Shown: piece by piece, positions 47,549 through 57,525 of the stretch | Layout: the number at the start of each line of letters is the position of its first letter | How positions within the stretch are numbered: the first letter of the stretch is position 1 | Assembly: GCA_963693365.1 (NCBI GenBank) | Contig: CAVNZM010000007.1 | Location: forward strand, 11,118,640-11,182,639 | DNA: 64,000 nt | Reading direction: 5' to 3' | From: Amoebidium appalachense | Lineage: Eukaryota > Protista > Ichthyosporea | Made by a program: the position numbers and the translations under genes | Notes under the pieces: model-generated | Seen by the model: the letters and a program-made list of their open reading frames with translations, nothing else | Told to the model about the DNA's origin: nothing | The model's database searches: none

Positions 47549-48077
47549 ATGGATTGTGCCAGCAAAGCGGGGCTGACCCAGCCCGTGGACGACTTTGTGT
47601 TCTTTGTGGCAAAGGTGGGCACCTGAGCCCCCCGGGGCAGCTAAAAGATACTATACGCTAACTTAAAAACAAGATCCCAGCATATCGTACTTGTATATAT
47701 ATATATATGGATGATGGGTGTGGCCTAACGGTGCGGGGCGGCAGGTGAACGCAGCCGAGGACACGGCACGCCTGTACGAGACAGCGGCCAGCCAGCGGCA
47801 GCCCAGCGAAGAGTCCACCGCATCGTCTTTCTTGTTCTCGCCGCCCGCGCACGACCAGCCCGCCCCGCCCGGCAGTGCCTGTGGGCCCCCTGTACCGCCG
47901 CTGTTCGACAGCACCTGCGACGTGCTTGCAGCTGTTCGGCAGCTGGGCGGTGGGCTGCCGCGCGAGCTGGCGCTGTCCGCGCTGGTGGCGCACTGCGTGG
48001 TCAGCTTCGACGGGCAGCTGGGGGCGGACCAGCTGTGCGGCTACCTGACCGCACACCACAGCTCCCTAATAGTATGA
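47549..48077 (+). CDS. Two-exon hypothetical protein (~132 aa); exons 47549-47614 and 47745-48077
   Basis: ATG, a phase-0 GT-AG intron joining FFVAK to VNAAED, GC-rich codons and a TGA stop. Confidence 0.5.
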
Positions 48078-49322
48078 AGAAGGGGGCCTGGCCACACAGC
48101 ACACTACCAACGTGCAGCCCGGCCACCAGGCATACCTGCGCTAATATTAGTGCCCAGTGTGTGCAAAAAACTTAGTTGAATGGCAAGGATCCAAGAGCAC
48201 GTTAGATAGTGTAAGAAGGAAAACTATCGCGCATAGGCGCGGATATCTTTAGCCCTGCTTTAGTAAAGTGTTGCCCCAGAGTCTTATCGCCCGAATAGGG
48301 TTTGCTCCTGCAGGCACCTTGGCGCTTAATACAAAGTGACCGATAAGACGTATGTATCCAAAGGTGGCCAGTGCCTGTCCGCACTGTGTGCACGGCAGCC
48401 CCCTCAGCCGAAATAAATTGCTCGTATGTGACGTGTCGAGAAGCCATTGTTCCCGCCTTTGCCCTTGCTTGCCCGTGTGTCCCCTTATCAGAGTCTGGCC
48501 AGGCTCTGGCTGCTAGAGGTTCTTTCTTCACACAGTTTGCTAGGACAAGGTATGCAAAGCAAGAGGCCAACCTGAAGAGCAAAGGACTGGTGGCGGTCGG
48601 TGGGACTGGGTTGCCTCCTGGCACTCTCACGAGAGGTAATATGTAGGACGCAGGCGCGAGCCCGTGTTGCTGTGCGGGTCAAGGGACAACACAGAGGTGG
48701 GAGCGCTAGCCTGCTTAAAGCACAGCCCATATACACCGGCGGTTTGTCGTTACTATTGGATGGCATCTGAGCCTTGCTGCGGCCTGCTTGTGAATAGCGA
48801 CATGTCGAAGTAGTATGTGTGAATGCCGGTATTGATTGTGTGTCACGGTGTGTGTGTGTGTTTTTGTGTGTCTGTGTACGTGTGTTTGCCTGCGTGTGCG
48901 TGTGTGCGTGTGTTGACATGCGGGTGTGTGCGTGTGTATGTGTGTGTGCGTGTACGTGTGTGTACGATTGTGTGCGCGTGCGCGTGCGCGTGTGTGTGTG
49001 TGCGTGTGTGTGCGTGTGTGTGTCTGTCTGTGTTTGTTTGAATGTGTGTGTGTGCGTCTGAGTGTGGGTGTGTGCATTTGTGTGTTGTGCATTTGTGTGT
49101 CCGCATGTGAGAGTGTGTGAGTGAGTGCACGGTATGTGCTTGCGCGTGTGAAGGTGCGCGTTCACGAACAGATGGGTTCGTACGTGCCTGCGTGTGAGAG
49201 TCACGGATACATTATCGTATATCTGTCTCTGTAGCCCATGTTCCCCGCTTGACCTTCAAAAGATGTGGACAAGTCTCCGACAGCCGCAGAGCAGGGGGAG
49301 CAGGGCCCGGGGGCCTTGCAAG

Positions 49323-49731
49323 CAGGACTTCCGGCTGGCTTGGCTCGGCTGAGTGGAAATGCCGGCTGGCTCAGCTAAATCAGCCGGCTGTGTTATAAAA
49401 TGTTAAACTTGTATTTAATGTTTAAATAGTTTAAATGGCGACGCGCAAGTACAAAAATTCTAAGATCGGCTAAGAACGGACTACAAGTGTAAAATGTCAT
49501 TACCATTGGGTGTTTTAATTTAGCCGACAGTTGTCGATAACTTTAATTCTCACAACCAGGAGGTTGGGTACACGATCAGATCCCAATTTTGGATAGTTCT
49601 GATTGGTATTTTTACCGATATTGGGTATCCTTTCCTTCACCTTCCCTACCCACCCCCCACCAGCCGAGCCGACAGCCAAAATGCCGGCTCGGCTCGGCTG
49701 GGCAAAAACCTGGCCGGCATTAACAGCCCTG
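49323..49731. mobile_element. Non-autonomous hAT-like MITE, 409 bp
   Basis: 8-bp TSD CTTGCAAG at 49315-49322 and 49732-49739. Ends CAGGACT... and ...AGCCCTG. Subterminal GCCGGCT/CGGCT repeats at both ends and an AT-rich core. Confidence 0.8.
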
Positions 49732-49746
49732 CTTGCAAGGGTCCCT

Positions 49747-50080
49747 TTGGGATATTCGGGTTGGTTGTAAGGTTTTCAGGTCGGGCCGCAGGCCCGCTTA
49801 TTGGGCCGCTAGGCCCTAGGCCGCTAGGCCGCTAGGCCCGGGGCCCCGGGGACCGGGGGCCCGGCGCCGGGGCCCGCGACTGCCAACCCCGGCGCCGGGC
49901 CCCGCGGGGCCCGGCGCCGGGGGTGGCGTGGCCGCGGGCGCCGGGCCGGGCCCCCGGTCCCCGGGGCCCCGGGCCTAGCGGCCTAGCGGCCTAGGGCCTA
50001 GCGGCCCAATAAGCGGGCCTGCGGCCCGTTAGGGCCTTCGGCCCGACCTGAAAACCTTACAACCAACCCGAATATCCCAA
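49747..50080. repeat. ~334-bp GC-rich palindrome centred at 49904/49905
   Basis: TTGGGATATTCGGGTTGGTTGTAAGGTTTTCAGGTCGGGCCG... pairs with ...CGGCCCGACCTGAAAACCTTACAACCAACCCGAATATCCCAA. There is a 17-nt insert in the right arm and a few mismatches near the centre. Confidence 0.95.
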
Positions 50081-50732
50081 TATTGCTTCATTCTGATTGG
50101 TTGTCACACCGCGGGATTTCCCGATTGTTCTTCCAATGACATTTTCTATCACTATCGACAGTTCTCCAATATTAGAACAGAAAACGGTTTATACCCAGAT
50201 GGCCAGATGGCCAGATCAAATTCAGTCTGTGAGCAGGGGGGGGGGATCCACCTGAAGTCAAAACAATCTGGCCATCTGGCCATGTGGCCATAGAATAGAT
50301 TAGCATGTAAGGCACTGGCTGCCACCACTGGGGGCCGTGGTTCCGGCAGGAGGGGGGGCACACGTGCAGGGGAGGCAGGGGGTCGGGGGAGGCACACGTG
50401 CACAGGAGGCTGGGGAGAGTGGGGGAACCGTATCCCCCATGTATGGCTGAGTTAAGACCATTTGTTCATGTAGCACGATCTTCTAGCATGCACGTGTTGG
50501 AATGCCACCACTGGGGGGCCTGGTTCCGGCAGGCAGGGGGGCAGGGGGGCCACCCAGTGTGTGGGTGTGCATGTGGCAGGGGAGCAGGGGGGCAGGGGAG
50601 CAGGGGAGCAGGGGAGCTGGGGGGACTGGGGGCTGGGGAGCAGGGGGGCTGGGGAGACTGGCATGCCACTCACGGGGAGGATAGTGTATGTTGGCACGTG
50701 TGGGTGTGTGGGTGATAAAGGCAGAAGCCACA

Positions 50733-51236
50733 ACACGTGTGGTGTCTAAACAGCCTATAGGCATGCTCCGTGTGCAGGCACCAATTTCTACCCTCTTCTG
50801 GTTGGTGCCAAGAGGCAGCGCCCTACACGTGTGGTGTCTAAACAGCCTATAGGCATGCTCCGTGTGCAGGCACCAATTTCTACCCTCTTCTGGTTGGTGC
50901 CAAGAGGCAGCGCCCTACACGTGTGGTGTCTAAACAGCCTATAGGCATGCTCCGTGTGCAGGCACCCATTTCTACCCTCTTCTGGTTGGTGCCAAGAGGC
51001 AGCGCCCTACACGTGTGGTGTCTAAACAGCCTATAGGCATGCTCCGTGTGCAGGCACCAATTTCTACCCTCTTCTGGTTGGTGCCAAGAGGCAGCGCCCT
51101 ACACGTGTGGTGTCTAAACAGCCTATAGGCATGCTCCGTGTGCAGGCACCAATTTGTTGTGCCTTCCTTTTTTGGTTAGATCTATACCCGGCCAATGGTT
51201 AGCAGCCACGGGTTTGTTTTCATCAAGCTTAGACGT
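50733..51236 (+). repeat. 92-bp tandem repeat (4.6 copies) plus a unique ~80-bp tail; left arm of an inverted repeat
   Basis: Units start at 50733, 50825, 50917, 51009 and 51101. The reverse complement occurs at 56161-56467. Confidence 0.95.
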
Positions 51237-51341
51237 GATACTTTGCCAACCATCAAGGCCGTTTGAGTGACAATGACCGTTGATTGGAGAGATCTATCCC
51301 ATTGAGCCTTGGCACCATTGCTGTAAGCTGCTTTGTACCGT

Positions 51342-51354
51342 GGCATATAAAAGC
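51342..51354 (+). promoter_or_regulatory. TATA box motif GGCATATAAAAGC
   Basis: ~100 bp upstream of ATG 51449. An identical 13-mer lies on the minus strand at 54878-54890. Confidence 0.65.
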
Positions 51355-51448
51355 AGCACACACGGTCACATTCACTCATTTCAACACTGACACTCAATAG
51401 TAAAAGGCGACACACAACAAACTTGTTTTTCAAACACTCACACGAAAC

Positions 51449-52633
51449 ATGGATTCTTGGAAAGAGGAGCTTCAACAGCTGCAGAAGCGCTTTGATTTTC
51501 TGTACACGGACCATTCGTCTCGCTTAACGGCCCTGCACACCGACGTCACCAGCCTCCGCACCGACCTCACCAGCCTCCGCAGTCAAGTGACCAATGAGAA
51601 TGCTGCGCGTACCCCCCGACCCCCCCAACCCCAGCCCTCTGATGTAGAGGCACGACTGAGGGCAGCCGAAGAGCAGATCAAGACCCTGCAGGCCGAGCTT
51701 GCCAGCCTGCAACGGGCTGCAGCACCCCGTCGGGATGGCCAGGTGGCCTATGAAAACTACATTTTCAGTGGCCCTCGCAAGACTACCATTGCCGCCAACA
51801 CCACCACTGTGACTGCTGACCCCACCCCTGCCGCCAACACCACCACTGTGACTGCCCCCACCCCTGTCGCAAAGACCGCCCCTGTGACTGCCCCCACCCC
51901 TGCCGCAAAGACCACCCCTGTGACTGCCCCCACCCCTGTCGCAAAGACCGCCCCTGTGACTGCCCCCACCCCTGCCGCCAAGACCACTCCTGCCAAGACC
52001 ACCCCTACCACCAAGACCACTCCTGCCAAGACCACCCCTACCACCAAGACCACTCCTGCCAAGACCACCCCTACCACCAAGACCACTCCTGCCAAGACCA
52101 CCCCTGCCGCTAAGCCCAGGCCCAAGCACACCAAAACACCTGAGACTTCGTTGCATGACCATACGATGGACCTCGATGCACAGCTAACTAGTGTGAGGGG
52201 GGAGCTCCAGAATGCTCGAGAGCGTGTCAAAGAGGCAAAGGCGGCTGAAGATGAAATGGCGGAGGGCCTGGCCATTGCTGCTGTGTGTGCAGCCCAAAAC
52301 ACCATAAAAAGCATCCGAAGGAAGATTCTGCGACGGGAGAAGAACTTGAAGGCATACACAGGTGGTAATGAGTCTGTCTCTTCACCTGCCTCACCCGCCA
52401 AACGCGTCCATGATCAATGTGATTGGGACTCAGATGAAGCATTCAACCCCAAGCGGCTCAAACGACGGGCAAATCAGGTACTCGATGATATGACAGATGA
52501 CGAATCTGCGTCTGATCGTGAGTCGGTCGTGTATGACCGCAAACCTGAACCCAAACATAAACAAACTGAAGAAATTCCCCTCATTGATCCTGACCAGGAA
52601 GAGTTTGACCAGTATGAGCATGAGATGTACTGA
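51449..52633 (+). CDS. 394-aa protein: N-terminal coiled coil, Thr/Pro/Ala/Lys repeat linker, second helical region, basic NLS-like KRLKRR, acidic tail
   Basis: Long ATG ORF with an upstream TATA box, in-frame repeats and a T-rich 3' region. Confidence 0.8.
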   Translation: MDSWKEELQQLQKRFDFLYTDHSSRLTALHTDVTSLRTDLTSLRSQVTNENAARTPRPPQPQPSDVEARLRAAEEQIKTLQAELASLQRAAAPRRDGQVAYENYIFSGPRKTTIAANTTTVTADPTPAANTTTVTAPTPVAKTAPVTAPTPAAKTTPVTAPTPVAKTAPVTAPTPAAKTTPAKTTPTTKTTPAKTTPTTKTTPAKTTPTTKTTPAKTTPAAKPRPKHTKTPETSLHDHTMDLDAQLTSVRGELQNARERVKEAKAAEDEMAEGLAIAAVCAAQNTIKSIRRKILRREKNLKAYTGGNESVSSPASPAKRVHDQCDWDSDEAFNPKRLKRRANQVLDDMTDDESASDRESVVYDRKPEPKHKQTEEIPLIDPDQEEFDQYEHEMY

Positions 52634-53033
52634 TTTGATTGGTCGACTAAGTGGCATTCTCTTTTGATTTGTATTTGAATTGATCGGTCTTGATTTATTT
52701 GTTTCTTTTCTCTTTTAGTTTGTATTTGAATATACTCGGTCCAAGTTGATTTGTTCTTTGTAATCTGACTAGACTATCATGTACGTACGTACTCTTTTTC
52801 TATACAATCACTTGTGTTCATATTAAAGGATTCTGTGTACGTGGACCACGGAAACATACACCATTTTTTGCAGTGCTTCATGCTATAAAATAACCATGAG
52901 AGACACAAACAAATACACTAAGTGTGTACACGTCTACCCATAGGCCCAAGTGTTGACATGTCTGCCCACAGTTCCCTAAGGCTTAAAGCACACATCTGCC
53001 TGTATGCCATAAACTTTACTTTCACCACAAGAC

Positions 53034-53985
53034 ACCCACCTAAGTACACTCTGCACCACCCTAAGTACACTGTGGTGCACAGCCCCACCCTAAGTACACG
53101 TCTGCACCACCCTAAGTACACTGTGGTGCACAGCCCCACCCTAAGTACACGTCTGCACCACCCTAAGTACACCTCTGCACCACCCTAAGTACACCTCTGC
53201 ACCACCCTAAGTACACCTCTGCACAGCCCCACCCTAAGTACACGTCTGCACCACCCTAAGTACACTGTGGTGCACAGCCCCACCCTAAGTACACGTCTGC
53301 ACCACCCTAAGTACACCTCTGCACCACCCTAAGTACACCTCTGCACCACCCTAAGTACACCTCTGCACAGCCCTAAGTACACCTCTGCACAGCCCTAAGT
53401 ACACCTCTGCACCACCCTAAGTACACCTCTGCACCACCCTAAGTACACTGTGGTGCACAGCCCCACCCTAAGTACACGTCTGCACCACCCTAAGTACACT
53501 GTGGTGCACAGCCCCACCCTAAGTACACGTCTGCACCACCCTAAGTACACCTCTGCACCACCCTAAGTACACCTCTGCACCACCCTAAATACACCTCTGC
53601 ACAGCCCCACCCTAAGTACACGTCTGCACCACCCTAAGTACACTGTGGTGCACAGCCCCACCCTAAGTACACGTCTGCACCACCCTAAGTACACCTCTGC
53701 ACCACCCTAAGTACACGTCTGCACCACCCTAAGTACACTCTGCACAGCCCCACCCTAAGTACACTCTGCACCACCCTAAGTACACTCTGCACCACCCTAA
53801 GTACCTCTACACCATCCTAAGTACACGTCTGCACAGCCCCAGTGGCACCCTTTAAGTACACGTCTGCACAGCCCCACCCTTTAAGTACACGTCTGCACCA
53901 TCCTAAGTACACGTCTGCACAGCCCCACCCTTTAAGTACACGTCTGCACAGCCCCACCCTAAGTACACTCAATGTTAAGTACACC
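53034..53985. repeat. Variant-unit tandem array (~40 units of 22-29 bp) with core CCACCCTAAGTACAC
   Basis: The core is followed by CTCTGCA, GTCTGCA or TGTGGTGCACAGCC, in recurring higher-order patterns. Confidence 0.95.
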
Positions 53986-54047
53986 TGCACACAAGCACTA
54001 GAATAGCCTGAGGCTACTCTCTAATAGCGGCCCCTTTTTTCACCGTG

Positions 54048-54794
54048 TCAAGGCCAGTTGATATCTCCGTCTGAAGACTCGGAAGACGCCCCAGAGCTGC
54101 TGGCTTCACTGGCTCGTGCCCTTTTCTGCTGTCCCCGTGTCAAGGTCTTGGACTCGGAAGACGAGTGCTCCTCAGAAGACGAGTACTCCTCAGGTCCCCA
54201 TAGCAAGGTCTTGAACCAAGGAGGCACTTCCTCCTGTACCTCCGACCCAGAGCTTTTGACTTCCTCTCGTGTCCTCTTCTGCTGTCTTCGTGGTTTCTCC
54301 CGTGTCTTGGACCCCTGTGTGAAGGTCTTCCAGTTGAACCAAGGAGGCACTGGAGAATGGTGCTTCTCCTCCGACCCAGAGCTTCTGACTTCCTCTCGTG
54401 TCCTCTTCTGCTGTCTTCGTGGTTTCTCCCGTGTCTTGGACCCCTGTGTGATGTGCAAACGTGAGCGCTGCAGGGGCAGGGGGGCCAAGTCCACGGGATA
54501 GGAGCTGCCATGCTCGCCAGCACGAAGTGCAGGTGCCGCTGCCAGGACAGGGGGTGCCACGGTCAGCGCTGGGGGTGCCACGGTCAGCGCTGGGGGTGCC
54601 ACGGTCAGCGCTGGGGGTGCCACGGTTGCTGCTGTAGTGGTGCGCTTGCTTAAAGCCATGCGGGCGTGCCTAGCAAGGGCGCACGCGAAACGGGTCTGGG
54701 TGTCCCGCAGGACCTTTGCATCCTCCTCCAAAGTCTTGAGTCTTGTCTCTATTTTTTTAGCGCGCCTTTCTAGATCTTTGATGTTAGAACTCAT
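54048..54794 (-). CDS. ~248-aa protein: N-terminal coiled coil, TVAPPAL repeats, duplicated basic block TQGSKTREKPRRQQKRTREEV, Ser/Glu-rich tail
   Basis: ATG at 54794 (MSSNIKDLERR) with TATA and CCAAT boxes upstream. The internal repeats preserve frame. Confidence 0.75.
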   Translation of the reverse strand: MSSNIKDLERRAKKIETRLKTLEEDAKVLRDTQTRFACALARHARMALSKRTTTAATVAPPALTVAPPALTVAPPALTVAPPVLAAAPALRAGEHGSSYPVDLAPLPLQRSRLHITQGSKTREKPRRQQKRTREEVRSSGSEEKHHSPVPPWFNWKTFTQGSKTREKPRRQQKRTREEVKSSGSEVQEEVPPWFKTLLWGPEEYSSSEEHSSSESKTLTRGQQKRARASEASSSGASSESSDGDINWP

Positions 54795-54877
54795 TTTCGT
54801 GACAGTTGGATGTACGTTGTGTGCCAAGGGAGAAGCTAGCTAACATGGAAAAGGTGTGTGGATTGAAGAGAGTATGG

Positions 54878-55080
54878 GCTTTTATATGCCGTGCCCGGCT
54901 TTGGCATCAGATGCTTTATTGCATTAGATTGGTTGGATATACCCCAGCCGCGACGCTTGATTGGATCTAGAGATCGCGTGAATATCTGATTGGCTAATTG
55001 TCATTTGGGCATCTTGGTGTATCCGATAAGTTGGGGCTCAACCAAATCTGCTGACTGATTGATGAATTCTGATTGGATCA
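54878..55080 (-). promoter_or_regulatory. TATA box (54878-54890) plus a cluster of CCAAT boxes
   Basis: GCTTTTATATGCC followed by several GATTGG motifs (~54927, 54959, 54988, 55071). Confidence 0.6.
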
Positions 55081-55745
55081 ACAAGAGCATGTTTTGACTT
55101 GAGAATTGTCATTTGACAGATTCGATTGTAATCCGATCTTTGCAACTTGGCCGTCAGTGTTTACACACAATGTATTTTGATGTAGCAACTCCTAAAAAAA
55201 CACGAATATGCTTCCCAACAATTACGAGCATTATTCTGTCTATCAGGGATACAAAAATTGGTCAGGAAAAGTACACAATCACATGGTGCTGACTGCTTGA
55301 ACACGATGTCAACTGATAGCGAATCGGTGCACTGCCTGCTGGGAACAACATGTCACTTTTTGAGCAGCACTTAGGAAACTCGCGCTCACGTGGATCCAAT
55401 ACTTATACACCAACCAGAAGTGTGCGCACAAAAAGGGGTCCGAGCTGGATACAAATGGCTTGGTGTGTGTGTGTGTGTGTTTTATTTTGCACTGTGTAAG
55501 GAGCGCTTTTTTTTTTGTTCACACTGCTTTACTTTGTAAATAATCAGTGGCGAGTTTTTTTTAGTTCACGGTGTGTTTGCGCATCATAGGATTTTGCTTT
55601 ATTTTGCATTGTGTAAGAGGAACGTTTTTTTTTGGGTCACACTTTTGCTTCGTAAAAATAAGAGGGACGTTTTTTTTTGTTCACACTGCTTTGCTTCGTG
55701 GATAAAAACTAAACACCTCCTGCCCAACCGGCTGCAAACGACACA

Positions 55746-56102
55746 ATGGATGAAACAGATACACAGCGCCAAGATGCACACACCGAGCAGCTGCAAGAGA
55801 CCAACAAGATGCTGAAGGAGGCCAACGAGGGGCTGCACGGGCTGATCCAGCAGCTGAGGGAGTTGAACAACGACATGGACAAGGACAACGACGCGCTGCG
55901 CACAATGAACAAGAACCAGCGGGAGGTGATCAAGGGCCTGCAAGAGGAGCGCAACAAGGTGTGCGAAGAGAACAAGAATTTGGTGGTGGAGAACCAAGAG
56001 CTGCAGCTGGAAAACGACAAGCTGAAGAAGCAAAAGGACTTTCTACGGGCCTGTCTCATACGGCTGGGCCAGTCCGCTAAGACTCCGGATGAAACGGATT
56101 GA
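55746..56102 (+). CDS. 118-aa coiled-coil (leucine-zipper-like) protein
   Basis: ATG ORF with strong GC3 bias in AT-rich flanks and continuous heptads (ENKNLVVENQELQLENDKLKKQ). Confidence 0.75.
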   Translation: MDETDTQRQDAHTEQLQETNKMLKEANEGLHGLIQQLRELNNDMDKDNDALRTMNKNQREVIKGLQEERNKVCEENKNLVVENQELQLENDKLKKQKDFLRACLIRLGQSAKTPDETD

Positions 56103-56160
56103 TACAATCATGAGGGATAACACTTGCGAGTGATTTCATTCTGTTACTTAGTATGTATTA

Positions 56161-56467
56161 ACGTCCAAGCTTGATGAAAACAAACCCGTGGCTGCTAACC
56201 ATTGGCCGGGTATAGATCTAACCAAAAAAGGAAGGCACAACAAATTAGTGCCCTGCACACGGAGCATGCCTATAGGCTGTTTAGACACCACACGTGTAGG
56301 GCACTGCCTCTTGGCACCAACCAGAAGAGGGTAGAAATCAGTGCCCTGCACACGGAGCATGCCTATAGGCTGTTTAGACACCACACATGTAGGGCACTGC
56401 CTCTTGGCACCAACCAGAAGAGGGTAGAAATCAGTGCCCTGCACAGTCACGGAGCATGCCTATAGGC
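56161..56467 (-). repeat. Right arm of the inverted repeat (reverse complement of ~50935-51236; ~93-bp units)
   Basis: AAGCTTGATGAAAACAAACCCGTGGCTGCTAACCATTGGCCGGGTATAGATCTAACC matches 51175-51230 in reverse. Confidence 0.95.
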
Positions 56468-56476
56468 AGTGATGGG

Positions 56477-56613
56477 GTGAGTAGGATGAGTAGCTTGAGT
56501 ACCTACTCATCTGGTCTCCCCCCGGGTGTTCCAATTTCCTTTTGGATTGAGATTTAGGTATACCCGTAGCCCACAGTAGATGAGTACGTACTCATCCTAC
56601 TCATCCTACTCAC
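56477..56613. repeat. 36-bp inverted repeat built from GAGTA(G/C) units
   Basis: GTGAGTAGGATGAGTAGCTTGAGTACCTACTCATCT (56477-56512) pairs with AGATGAGTACGTACTCATCCTACTCATCCTACTCAC (56578-56613), with 3 mismatches. Confidence 0.9.
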
Positions 56614-57006
56614 TATATGACAATTGCATATTTTTATACCTAAAAAGGAAACCTTTACCATATTTGGTCGAGTAACATCTAGTGTGGGACACTTGTCTGT
56701 GTTACTCAGAATCAGTACCTTGAGTAAGATAATTATTGTTACTCAGTGCAACAAGTTTCAGGTGACGTGTATCTGCTTATACTATATATATATATATATC
56801 CTGAGTGTAGGGCTGGCTCCCTAATGGACACTCCAAACCCACATATTTGTAACAATATTATCGACCATAATCCCAACGCACACCAGACATGTGCTCCGAT
56901 GACTCCCTGGCTGTGGGCCTCCTTATATTCACATGCTGCGCCATCCAGGGCACAGTTGCACCTTCACCGGCAGTCGCACACACACACGCACTGCGTGATA
57001 CCTGCA

Positions 57007-57525
57007 TTATTCTCTACACTGCCGCCTATTTTTCTGTACTGATTCATATAACTGCAGCGACAGAATGTCGCACCCCATGTCATGCCAAAGGAAGTCCTTC
57101 AAAAAGTCGATTCGCAGAAGGGTTGTTCGTTTTCTCTTTGCCTCCATGGGGACAGCTCGTCCCTCGCTCATGCCCTCCTCCTCCGTCGGATCCCTCGGTG
57201 GCAGCAGCGACAGCGTGGTGTCCCAGCGCTCCCAGGTCAGCCGAAACGACTTGCCCCAATCCAGGTCGATGGTCACCGCATCCCCGGCCCCCTCCAGTGG
57301 ACACGTCGAAAACACCAGGTGGTTGAGTCCAGTCCTGTTCGACGTTTCCACCGACTGCAGCGGCAGCATCGTGTCCGACAGCATCGTGTCGCCCTTGCCG
57401 AGTCTTGCGTGGAGCTGTAGCGGCCGGCTTGCCACCCTCCCGGCGCCGTTCGAGTCGAACGTCATGTTGGATACAAGCAGCGACAGCCGATTGACAAATA
57501 GCTTCAGGTCCTGCTCAAAAGCCAT
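57007..57525 (-). CDS. Hypothetical protein (~172 aa from MAFEQDLK)
   Basis: ATG at 57525 with TATAAAAG ~55 bp upstream on the minus strand (~57578-57585). Globular-looking sequence. Confidence 0.65.
   Translation of the reverse strand: MAFEQDLKLFVNRLSLLVSNMTFDSNGAGRVASRPLQLHARLGKGDTMLSDTMLPLQSVETSNRTGLNHLVFSTCPLEGAGDAVTIDLDWGKSFRLTWERWDTTLSLLPPRDPTEEEGMSEGRAVPMEAKRKRTTLLRIDFLKDFLWHDMGCDILSLQLYESVQKNRRQCRE

Noticed and set aside
51524-52401. Minus-strand RGG-rich and Val/Gly-rich ORFs
   Set aside because: Antisense shadows of the repeat region of ORF 51449-52633.
53034-53985. CRISPR-like array (constant core with variable spacers)
   Set aside because: The spacers are only 7-14 bp and come from about three recurring variants. 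There are no cas genes and the context is eukaryotic.
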